64,000 nt of DNA from positions 186,001 to 250,000 of the forward strand of contig NIVC01001145.1 of NCBI GenBank assembly GCA_002269645.1, given 5' to 3'. Origin of the DNA: Macrostomum lignano (lineage: Eukaryota). The position numbers and the translations under genes are program-made. Shown here one piece after another: positions 52,801 to 63,520 of the stretch; within the stretch, counting starts at the first letter, position 1, and the number at the start of each line of letters is the position of its first letter. The notes under the pieces are model-generated. The model made no database searches. It was not told the DNA's origin and worked only from the letters and a program-made list of their open reading frames with translations.

Positions 52801-55800
52801 CTCTTTTCCTCTCCTCTCCTCTCCTCTCTTCTCATCTCTCTCTCTCCTCTTCTCTTCTCTCCTCTCTTCTCCTCTCATCTCCTTTCTTCTCTTCTTCTCT
52901 CCTCTCCTTTCCTTCCCTCTCCTCTCTCTCTTCTCTTCTCTCCTTTATCTCCCTTAGGAGTTATCTCCGTTTATCTCCTTTTCTCCCTCTATCTCCTCTC
53001 TCCTCTCCTCTCCTCTCCTCTCCTCTCCTCTCCTCTCCTCTCCTCTCCTCTCCTCTCCTCTACTTTCTTCTCTTTTCCTCTCCTCTCCTCTCCTCTCTTC
53101 TCCTCTCTCTCTCTCCTCTTCTCTTCTCTCCTCTCTTCTCCTCTCATTTCCTTTCTTCTCTTCTTCTCTCCTCTCCTTTCCTTCCCTCTCCTCTCTCTCT
53201 TCTCTTCTCTCCTTTATCTCCCTTAGGAGTTATCTCCGTTTATCTCCTTTTCTCCCTCTATCTCCTCTCTCCTCTCCTCTCCTCTCCTCTCCTCTCCTCT
53301 CCTCTCCTCTCCTCTCCTCTCCTCTCCTCTTCTTTCACCTTATTTTCTCTCATCTACTGGGCTTTCAGTCCTGAATTTGAGGTCCCTACTTGAGAAAAAG
53401 CACAAAGTTAATTTTGTATTACTGACCTGCCAAAAGTACACAATGTACCGCTCGCCGCCAGCTTCCTTTACCGAATAGGTGTACTGAATCACGTAGGAAT
53501 CGCCACCGTAAAACTGACCGTACAAAACTCGATCTTGCGGCACAAGTTCCATGTTTTCAATGCGCCAGATCTGTACAGAGTTAGAAAGGTACGATTGTGT
53601 GGTACATTCTTTCAACAACTCTAGTCAGAGTGTGTCGAGGCATGAGCATGTACATCATGCAAGCGTTCGTTTGAGCATGGTGTAGACAAAACGCGCATTG
53701 TGCTTAACATGGGAGGTAATGTAAAGTTTTTCACAAAAGTTGACGTGTTTCGAGAGATACAAGAGTACAAAACACATACCTGAACTTTGCCGCTACCATC
53801 GTCTACCATGCGAGTTTCAGCGGCCAGCTTAGGCGATTGGTGCATTGTCGATGCGTCAAATTGCGTCTGCACTGTCTTGGCTGCAGTCGGATCGGGTTTG
53901 TTGACGTTTAATTAAAAAGATTGTTTAAATCTAACGACATAATCCTGATTTGCGATCAACGCTCACCAATTCTGTTTCCTCCAGCCACTTTGCCAGAATA
54001 CTGAGGCGCTGGCCAAGTTTGAAATAGCTGCTTAAACTGAGTAGTCTCGCAGCCTTCGTTAACTCGAGTCACCTGCACGCGGCTGGCGTGTTTTCCCAGC
54101 TTTTCTACGAAACTCTGCAAATAGGTGTAAAAATAAAAAAAATTGTTTTTTTATTTTTAATGAGTTCACATATAGCTGCCACTGTTAAAGAAGAGACAGA
54201 AGTAGTACAGATGTATTAGAGCCGTATTTGTAATTTAGATAGAAAAAATCTTTGATCAGAGTGGGATGGCTGTGTGAAGTCGGGTTGGCTGCGTGGAGTG
54301 GGGTGGCTCTGCGAAGCGGGGTTGGCCGCGTGGAGTGGGGTGGCTGTGTGAAGTGGGGTTGGCCGCGAGGAGTGGGATGGCTGTGCGAAGTGGGGTTGGC
54401 TGCTTGGAGTGGGGTGGCTGTGTGAAGTGGGGTTGGCTGCGTGGAGTGGGGTGGCTGTGTGAAGTGGGGTTGGCTGCGTGGAGTGGGGTGGCTGTGCGAA
54501 GCGGGGTTGGCCGCGTGGAGTGGGATGGCTGTGCGAAGTGGGGTTGGCCGCGTGGAGTGGGGTGGCTGTGTGAAGTGGGGTTGGCCGCGAGGAGTGGGAT
54601 GGCTGTGCGAAGTGGGGTTGGCCGCGTGGAGTGGGGTGGCTGTGTGAAGTGGGGTTGGCTGCGTGGAGTGGGGTGGCTGTGTGAAGTGGGGTTGGCTGCG
54701 TGGAGTGGGGTGGCTGTGTGAAGTGGGGTTGGCCGCGTGGAGTGGGGTGGCTGTGTGAAGTGGGGTTGGCTGCGTGGAGTGGGGTGGCTGTGTGAAGTGG
54801 GGTTGGCTGCGTGGAGTGGGGTGGCTGTGTGAAGTGGGGTTGGCCGCGTGGAGTGGGTGTGCTGTCTAATAACCACAGCTGAGGCGACAAGCCGCGCGAA
54901 AATATGGGTGTTGGGGGCTTTCGGAGCAGGAAGGTCGGGACAGAGCCAATGTACTCTAAACCGGAGAGGAGTGAGGAGGGCGTTCAAGGTAAGGAATATC
55001 CGATGATAAAGCGATGTACATTTAGCGAAGAAAGACTGCAGTAGTTAGATAAGATTGAACTGAACCAACCAATGCATTAGTCATAGCCGCTCGTTTCTCG
55101 TTCTTGCTACTCAACCTGCCGCACCAGATCCACACGCCGTGATTGGCATTGTCAATAATAAAGACGTCCTGAAAATGATTGGTTTGCTCATGATTAGCCA
55201 GACGTACGTTTAGACTGCGTCTCATTATAATTCAAAATAATTCATTCTAGATACATTTGAGTGGAGTTTCGATTGAATATTAATCTTAAGTTCTGTTAAT
55301 ATTCACCTTAGTGTCCAGCATGTTATGGTGCAAAGGACCGCTGCTGATCTCCATAACGCGAAGCGTGCCACCCTCGTCTGAGCACCTGAAATAGATATCA
55401 AAGCCCAATAATTAATCGAATTATATGAATTGGTTTTATTGTGAATGTTAAAGTAAGTTCACAGCCGCATGCACTGTCTATAACTAAGTTACGCACTAAG
55501 CATTGCGCACTGCACAACAATAAACCAAACGTATCTTGTTAACCCTTGCCGTTGGATTATTATTAACACATTCAATAACGAGTAGATAATAAAGGTTAAG
55601 TTTGAATTAAAGTAACGATAATAAAACATTGGATTATTATTTAGTAAAACAACTAACTTTATACAAACTGCAATGGGTTATCTAATTAGCTATCTAACAT
55701 GTCTGACGGTTTGCAAGCCAAGCGGGAGAAGTAGTAGCAGTTTAAATGCTCACAGGGGGTGAAACAGGGGTTGAAGGATGAAGGGTGAAGGAAGGGGTGA

Positions 55801-58800
55801 ATGAGGGGCTGAAAGAGGGAATGGGTGAAGGCGCGGGTGTAGGAGAGAGTGAAAGAATGTGCGAAGGAAGGAGTGACGGAGTTGGTGAACGAGTGGGTGA
55901 ACGAGTGGGTGAATGAGTGGGTGAACGAGTGGGTGAACGAGTGGGTGAATGAGTGGGTGAACGAGTGGGTGAATGAGTGGGTGAACGAGTGGGTGAAGGA
56001 GGGGATTATGGAGGGGGTGAATGAGTGGGTGAAGGAGGGGATTAGGGAGGGGGTGAATGAGTGGGTAAAGGAGGGGATTATGGAGGGGGTGAATGAGTGG
56101 GTGAAGGGAGGGGGTGATGGAGGGGGTGAAGGAGGGGGTGATAGAGTGGATGAAGGAGGGGTGATAGCGTGGATGAAGGATTGGGTGAAGGAGGGGATGA
56201 AGGAGGGGGTGAAGGAGGGGATGAAGGAGGGGATGAAGGAGGGGGTGAAGGAGGGGATGAAGGAGGGGATGAAGGATTGGGTGAAGGAGAGGGTGAAGGA
56301 GGAGATGGAGGGGGTGAAGAAGGAGATGGAGGGGGTGAAGGAGTGGGTGAAGGAGTGGGTGGAGTCACACAGCAAGCCGGAAGCAGCAAATCGCAGCAGA
56401 AGCAACACGGTGGCCCTGGCAAAGATACCGGAACAATCTAATGCTGAGCGCGGTGGTTCGCTCAAACTCCTCATCGGATGCCGCGGCACTGGCTGGTGCA
56501 ATTTGCCGCTCCGACAGGGCCAAAGAGCCAGAGCTTTCAAAAGCCTGTCAGTTTGTTGCAATAATAATAACTACTGTTATTTTGTACTTTTTCAATTATT
56601 TGTTTAAACTATAACCGCCAGAATAAGAAGGAACCAAAAACTGTTTTAAAAAGATAGCGTAACACCAAGTACTTAACGTGCTCTTCAGTTGACACCCAGC
56701 GAGTGACATTTGCTTCCCGGAAATAGTTAGAATAATAATAATATAATAATAATAATTCATAAAATATTACCCACTTAGAAAGCCATTTTGCTTGTGCATT
56801 TCCGGCACCAGTGATTAAATAAACAACACAATAAGTGAGTGATAAAAAATATACAATAGAGTATACCCCCAGCAGGTTCTTCTGTTTATTGTCTCGCTTT
56901 TAACTATCAATGGTTCTCACACGTCACTTTATCTCTCTCAGTCCTTCCCAATATCTGCTCCGTTATCTTCTGTCGTGTATTTGTTAACCTCTTAATCTGC
57001 TTTCCATTCCTTTCTTCTCATAGTCTATTGCGATTAACTTGTCCTTTTTAGTACTACGATAAATCTCTTACCGTTCTCTCTTATCACACCTGTTATCTGT
57101 AACCCAATTCTAACATTCCTCTCTCTTATCACACCTGTTATCTGTAACCCAATTCTAACATTCCTCTCTCTTTCATCACACCTGTTATCTGTAACCCAAT
57201 TATAACATTCCTCTCTTTCATCACACCTGTTATCTGTAACCCAATTCTAACATTCCTCTCTTTCATCACACCTGTTATCTGTAACCCAATTCTAACATTC
57301 CTCTCTCTTATCACACCTGTTATCTGTAACCCAATTCTAACATTCCTCTCTCTTATCACACCTGTTATCTGTAACCCAATTCTAACATTGCTCTCTCTTA
57401 TCACACCTGTTATCTGTAACCCAATTCTAACATTCCTCTCTCTTATCACACCTGTTATCTGTAACCCAATTCTAACATTCCTCTCTCCTATCACACCTGT
57501 TATCTGTAACCCAATTCTAACATTCCTCTCTCCTATCACACCTGTTATCTGTAACCCAATTTTAACATTCCTCTCTCCTATCACACCTGTTATCTGTAAC
57601 CCAATTTTAACATTCCTCTCTCCTATCACACCTGTTATCTGTAACCCAATTTTAACATTCCTCTCTCCTATCACACCTGTTATCTGTAACCCAATTTTAA
57701 CATTCCTCTCTCCTATCACACCTGTTATCTGTAACCCAATTTTAACATTCCTCTCTCCTATCACACCTGTTATCTGTCACCCAATTCTAATATTCCTCTA
57801 AATTGCTTGAATATCAATCACTAATTTACCGATGGCACTAGTCACACCGCCCGATACCTTGAACATTATTTGTCCCTATCTCTGCCTCTCTCCAGTTTTT
57901 TCCCAGGAGTCCAGTACCTGTACAGGTGCAGACTGGAGGCCTGGCTCCGTTCAAAAGCTTCATCAGACGTGTCAGTCTGAGCTGGGGCGATGCTAACGGC
58001 AGCCAAATCCAGCTGACCATCGCACTCCCACTGCTGTAACAGGTGTTAGATAGGAATTTCTACCTGTTAGATATTGTTTCTAACTGTTACATATGGGTTT
58101 TGAAAGTTAGATATGGGTTCTAACTGTTGGGTATGGGTTCTGACTGTTAGATACGGGTTCTGGCTGTAGGTTGTAGCCTAGTGGTCGGAGCGTCGGACTA
58201 ACGACTTGAAGGTCGGGGGTTCGATTCCCGATCCAACTGGAAAAAACTGTGTCCCTTGAGCAAGACACTTAACTCTGCATTGCTTCAGTTCACCCAGCTG
58301 TAAAATGGGTGCCAGCATTAGCTGGGGTAATTGAGGCTGTGTGTGACGACCCCCCAGTCCTTGGCCTGAACAGCCGTACGCAGCCTTCAGATGCACCGCG
58401 CAATGGCTGCGGCTGAGCTGTCGGTTGCACATCTGCCCATTAGGGCAGGTGTAATAAATTATTAATTATTGATGGCTGTTAGATATGGGTTCTGACTGTA
58501 AGATATGAATTCTAGCTGTTAGATATGAATTCTAGTTGTTAGATATGAATTCTAGCAGTTAGATATGAATTCTAGATGTTAGATATGAATTCTAGCAGTT
58601 AGATATGAATTCTAGCTGTTAGATATTAATTCTAGCTGTTAGATATGAATTCTAGCAGCTAGATATGAATTCTAGCTGTTATATATGAATTCTAGTTGTT
58701 AGATATGAATTCTAGCTGTTAGATATGAATTCTAGCTGTTAGATATGAATTCTAGCTGTTAGATATGAATTCTAGCTGTTAGATATGAGCTCTGACATTA

Positions 58801-61800
58801 ATAGGCAGGACTATCTCACTAATTAAGTGTTCACCTGTTGCCCACAGTTTGTGTACCTGTTAAAATTTCGGGTGCAAGCAACGCCCAAGAGGCGTTAAAA
58901 ACCGGAGCAGCAGAAGACGAACTTCATTTCCTACTTTTCCAATTGCCAAAATGCTAAATCTAAAACTTAGCTAATTTAACGCAAGGCCTGCCTGCATGGT
59001 AGCTTTTCTCCGTGGCATGCAGTAATTGAAGCGAAAACTTTCGTAAAACCCACCGATTGTCCACCCTATGCTGCGCAGAAACACACAACTTAAGTCTCTT
59101 ACGGATATATAAACAAAAATATTTTTCTTTTGTTTTTTTTCAAATAAATTTTCTCATTAAGATTCAGTTTCAAGATAAAGCCTGCTAAATACTTGATTTA
59201 CAGTGAAGGTATCTGACATTGTAATTTAAATTCGATTAAATACTGTCTTTTTGTAATCTAATAAGAAAACCCTAGAATCCTAATAAAGTACTTCGAACCC
59301 TAATTAGGTACCTGGTCTCCTAATGAGGTACCAGGAATCCTAATGAGGCACCTGGAATCCTAATGAGGTACCTGGAATCCTAATGAGGTACCTGGAATCC
59401 TAATGAGGTACCTGGAATCTTAATGAGGCACCTGGAATCCTAATGAGGTACCTAGAATGCTAACTTATTAGGATACCTAGAATACAGTAAGATACCCAGA
59501 ATCCAATAAGATATATTGAATCCAATAAGATACCTGGAATCCATCAATAAGATACATGGAATCCAATAAGATACCTGGAATCCATCAATTAGATACATGG
59601 AATCCATGAATTAGATATCTGGAATCCATCAATAAGATACATGGAATCCATCAATAAGATACCTGGAATCCATCAATAAGATACATGGAATCCAATAAGA
59701 TACATGGAATCCATGAATTAGGTACCTGGAATCCATTAAGATACCAGGAATCCAACAAGATATCTGGAATCGAATGAGATACATGGAATCCATCAGTTAT
59801 GCACCTGGAATCCATCATTTAGATACCCGTAATCCATCATTTAGATACCTGGAATCCATTAATTAGATACATGGGATCCATAAGATACAAGGAATCCATC
59901 AAGATACATGGAATCCATTGAGCTACCTGGAATCCATTAAGCTACCTGGAATCCATTAAGATACCTGGAATCCATTAAGATACCTGGAATCCATTAAGAT
60001 ACCTGGAATCCATTAAGATACCTGGAATCCATTAAGATACCTGGAATCCATTCAGCTACCTGGAATCCATTAAGATACCTGAAATTTATCAATTAGATAA
60101 ATCAATAATATACCTGGAATCCATTAAGATACCTGAAATTTATCAATTAGAAGCCTGGAAATCAATAATATACCTGGAATCCATTAAGATACCTGAAATT
60201 TATCAATTAGAAGCCTGGAAATCAATAAGATACATAGAATCTATTAAGATACCTGAAATTTATCAATTAGAAGCCTGGAAATCAATAATATACCTGGAAT
60301 CCATTAAGATACCTGAAATTTATCAATTAGAAGCCTGGAAATCAATAAGATACATGGAATCTATTAAGATACCTGAAATTTATCAATTAGAAGCCAGGAA
60401 ATCAATAAGATACCTGGAATCCATTAAGATACCTAGAATCCAATAAGATACCAGGAATCCAACAAGATACCTGGAATCCGTCAATTAGAAGCCTGGAAAT
60501 CAATAAGATACCTGGAATCCGTCAATTAGAAGCCTGGAAATCAATAAGATACCTGGAATCCGTCAATTAGAAGCCTGGAAATCAATAAGATACCTAGAAT
60601 CCGTCAATTAAAAGCCTGGAAATCAATAAGATACCTGGAATCCGTCAATTAGAAGCCTGGAAATCAATAAGATACCTGGAATCCGTCAATTAGAAGCCTG
60701 GAAATCAATAAGATACCTGGAATCCGTCAATTAGAAGCCTAGAAATCAATAAGATACCTGGAATCCGTCAATTAGAAGCCTGGAAATCAATAAGATACAA
60801 GTGGAGTTCGTTAAGACTACCTGCAGTAGCAGCTACCTGAATTCGAAGGCTCTCCAAAGCAGAAATATTATTAAAATTAAAAACTGGGTAACTAGCAAAA
60901 ACAAAATCCCGAAATGCCTAGCCAAGGAAGCGCCGTTCTCACCTCCTTCTGCTCTCCTTCCAGTGTGGACTCTTCCCCCTCCTCCAACACCAGCAGCTCA
61001 GCAGATGAGCGCTCGTCTCGCAGACTCCGCGCCACCTCCATCGCTTTAAGTCGTTCGCGCCGGCTCGACTGACTGCCGTTCCAGACGAATATCAGCCGGC
61101 CCTGATCGTTGATGAAGACGTCTCCCGAGTTGAAGGAAGACCACTCCATTGGCACCTGGGGGCACCGGGGGAGGGTTTCGTGTTGCCGGTTCATCTTGCT
61201 GGGAATGACAGAGCATTTTTCAGTAGAGAAAATTTGGAGAAAGATTGGATAGAGATTGAATAGACATGAGATAGACCTTGGATTAAGATTGGATAAAGAT
61301 TAGATGATTAGCTATGAGATTACATTGTGATTAGATAAGAGATTGGATATGAAATAAAGATTAGATATGGGATGAGAGAGAGAGAGACTTGATAGAGATT
61401 TTATAGAAATAGAATGAAGATGAGATGGAGATTGGATAGGGATTGGAGAAAGATTGGATAGAGATTGGATAGAGATTTGATAGAGATTGGATAGAGATCG
61501 GAAAGAGATAGGATAGAGATTGGATAAAGCTTGGATAGCGATTAGATGAGATTAGAGAGTGATTTTAGAGATTGGATAGAGATTAGAGATGAGATTGGAT
61601 CGAGATTAGAGATGAGATTGGATCGAGATTAGAGATGAGATTGTATCGAGATTAGAGATGAGATTGGATCGAGATTAGAGATGAGATTGGATCGAGATTA
61701 GAGATGAGATTGGATAGAGATTAGAGATGAGATTGGATCGAGATTAAAGATGAGATTGGATAGAGATTAGAGATGAGATTTGAGACTTGATAAGCAGCAA

Positions 61801-63172
61801 AAATCAGGTAAAAAATGAGCCAAAAAGAAGTAACAAATTTCCCATGGGAAAATCTCAACTAGAATTTCTGCATCGACTGGGCCATTCTATAATCCCTCAA
61901 TGCTCACCATGAGCTAGTAGGTACGCGCGAACTCGGCCTGTAGCTTGAGGGGATTAAAAAGGTCTTTCCAGCCCCTCCCTAAAAACGCGATTCTAATTTT
62001 AGAAACATGCTGTTCACCCGACAGTCAATGCTCTTTTACAAAACGACAACTGGGCCAAACAGAAATTAATTTATTATTGTGGCGATTGTTAAAACGCATA
62101 TAAAAGCCCTGAGGAGTACGCTGGAATTTTAATTTCAACGGGCCCCAGAACCTAAAGGCCGCCATTATTTGGTGTCTTGGGCGCCCCTGTCTCTTGGTGG
62201 GCGCCCTGTCTCTTGGTGGGCGCCCCTGTCTCTTGGTGGGCGCCCTGTCTCTTGGTGGGCGCCCCTGTCTCTTGGTGGGCGCCCCTGTCTCTTGGTGGGC
62301 GCCCCTGTCTCTTGGTGGGCGCCCTGTCTCTTGGTGGGCGCCCTGTCTCTTGGTGGGCGCCCCTGTCTCTTGGTGGGCGCCCCTATCTCTTAGGTGGGCG
62401 CCCCTGTCTCTTAGGTTTGCGCCCCTGTCTCTTGGTGGGCGCCCCTATCTCTTAGGTGGGCGCCCCTGTCTCTTGGTGGGCGCCCTGTCTCTTGGTGGGC
62501 GCCCCTGTCTCTTAGGTTTGCGCCCCTGTCTCTTGGTGGGCGCCCCTGTCTCTTAGGTGGGCGCCCCTATCTCTTAGGTGGGCGCCCCTGTCTCTTAGGT
62601 TGGCGCCCCTGTCTCTTAGGTGGGCGCCCCTATCTCTTAGGTGGGCGCCCCTGTCTCTTAGGTTGGCGCCCCTGTCTCTCGGTGGGCGCCCCTGTCTCTC
62701 GGTGGGCGCCCCTGTCTCTTAGCCAGGGAAGCCAGGGAGTAGAGGGAGATGTAAGGATGCAGAGAAACCAAGCCGCCTCGCATACGAGTCTCACCTGTCT
62801 ACAGCGGGGGCTCCGCTTCCCCTTGACCTGATACAGCTTTGGCTCGTGGCTGTCTCTGTCCACGTGGCTCAACCCGGACTTGACGCCGCCCTCGTTGTAC
62901 TTAATGCCCTTCTTGAAGTAGGCCAGAAAGGCCAAACTCTCGTTGCCTTCCACTTCACGATGCTGCACCGGGGCACCGCCGCACAGGTCGTCAAGTTCGA
63001 CAGTTTTGAATGCGGCCACTGTGGACTCATCCTGTGAGCAGCCGGATCCAAGCCAAAAGTGCACGTGCTGCTCTAGGCGGCCCTTGATCTCCAGGCAGCT
63101 GTAGACTATGTAGGCGTCACCCCTGTAGAAATTGCCCCACTGAGGCTTCGGCACGGCGACCACCTTCATTTC
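46804..63172 (-). CDS. VIL1: Villin/advillin-like protein (six gelsolin repeats plus headpiece), 5'-partial; about 806 aa visible
   Basis: Exons on the minus strand: 63172-62795, 61155-60943, 58033-57918, 55385-55307, 55168-55070, 54114-53967, 53880-53780, 53570-53427, 52059-51901, 51630-51442, 51017-50896, 49975-49855, 49492-49250, 47198-47004, 46917-46804. All phases are consistent. Motifs: GNFYRGDAYIV, HFWLG, QHREVEGNES, SFNSGDVFI, DDGSGKVQIWRIE, GQFYGGDSYV, VRVVQGKEPQHF, LNSNDTFVL, DDLVEEDVMLLD, and headpiece HLTEEEFHKVFGM...LPEWKKTNAKKAVGLF*. Orthology (villin versus advillin/VILL) is unresolved. Confidence 0.95.
47466..48506. mobile_element. Foldback-type non-autonomous DNA transposon with ~230-260-bp TIRs and 8-bp TSD (P/Galileo- or hAT-like)
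   Basis: Arms 47466-47691 and 48246-48506 are reverse complements with indels. Termini CAAGGACGACTTAAGTAG. Flanks TAGCAAAC / TAGCAGAC (7/8). Confidence 0.85.
47854..48218 (+). mobile_element. tRNA-derived SINE nested in the foldback element
   Basis: Pol III A-box-like TAGCCCAGCGG and B-box-like GCTCGATTCC, an A-rich tail, and an exact 10-bp TSD ATGCATTTTA (47844-47853 and 48219-48228). Confidence 0.82.
48570..49185. repeat. 117-bp tandem repeat, about 5.3 copies
   Basis: AACCAATAG starts at 48570, 48687, 48804, 48921, 49038 and 49155. Confidence 0.96.
50760..50890. repeat. Short ~17-bp repeat AATCAGAATCCACCAC abutting a villin splice donor
   Basis: Runs up to the gtgagt donor at 50895. Confidence 0.85.
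51085..51360. repeat. 18-bp minisatellite GTCAAATTGTCACTGGCA
   Basis: Fills most of a 424-nt villin intron. Confidence 0.94.
52345..53335. repeat. CT-rich composite repeat, (CTCTC)n plus longer units, with a ~270-bp internal duplication
   Basis: CTTAGGAGTTATCTCCGTTTATC occurs at about 52953 and 53223. Confidence 0.93.
54256..54860. repeat. 37-bp G-rich minisatellite GGAGTGGGGTGGCTGTGTGAAGTGGGGTTGGCTGCGT
   Basis: Read directly. Confidence 0.95.
55770..56365. repeat. 12-bp purine-rich repeats GAGTGGGTGAAC / GAAGGAGGGGAT
   Basis: Read directly. Confidence 0.93.
57075..57795. repeat. 45-bp minisatellite TATCACACCTGTTATCTGTAACCCAATTCTAACATTCCTCTCTCT
   Basis: About 16 units, matching the 15-aa periodic pseudo-ORF. 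Confidence 0.96.
58168..58472 (+). mobile_element. tRNA-derived CORE-type SINE inserted in a 20-bp minisatellite
   Basis: A box TAGCCTAGTGG and B box GGTTCGATTCC. The central CCCTTGAGCAAGACACTTAAC...CTGTAAAATGGG resembles the MIR CORE domain. AT-rich tail and TSD TGGCTGT (58161-58167 and 58473-58479). Confidence 0.85.
58475..58795. repeat. 20-bp minisatellite GTTAGATATGAATTCTAGCT; older, degenerate units lie at about 58060-58165 on the other side of the SINE
   Basis: Read directly. Confidence 0.93.
59290..60800. repeat. Composite minisatellite built on GATACCTGGAATCC, with a unit that lengthens along the array
   Basis: Read directly. Confidence 0.93.
61220..61790. repeat. GA-rich repeat (GAGATTAGAGATGAGATTGGATC, about 23 bp)
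   Basis: Degenerate at the 5' side, regular from 61560. Confidence 0.88.
62175..62720. repeat. 20-21-bp minisatellite GGGCGCCCCTGTCTCTTGGT
   Basis: Read directly. Confidence 0.95.
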
Positions 63173-63289
63173 CTGAGGAAGTTTGGTGAGCAAGGTGGTT
63201 TGAATCCTTGAATTGCGGTAAACTGTATTCATGAATGACCAACGGAGGCCTAAGATCAAAGGGGATTTAAATTAACGCGACCTATTGAA

Positions 63290-63520
63290 GATCAAAGACG
63301 GCATGGTGTGGGTTGCGGCAAACTACTGAAAGATCAAAGGCGAGGCATGGTGAGGGTTGCGGCAAACTACTGAAAGATCAAAGGCGAGGCATGGTGTGGG
63401 TTGCGGCAAACTACTGAAAGATCAAAGGCGAGGCATGGTGAGGGTTGCGGCAAACTACTGAAAGATCAAAGGCGAGGCATGGTGAGGGTTGCGGCAAACT
63501 ACTGATAGATCAAAGGCGGT
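63290..63520. repeat. 44-bp tandem repeat, about 5 copies
   Basis: GGCAAACTACTGAAAGATCAAAGGCGAGGCATGGTGAGGGTTGC. Confidence 0.93.

Noticed and set aside
52240-57801. Long plus-strand Ser/Leu-, Glu/Gly- and Trp-rich ORFs within villin introns
   Set aside because: Low-complexity repeat translations, antisense to a complete spliced gene.
32367-63172. SETD3 (actin methyltransferase) near villin (actin-binding protein) as a functional actin cluster
   Set aside because: Two genes separated by an unrelated SR gene; coincidence cannot be excluded without synteny data.
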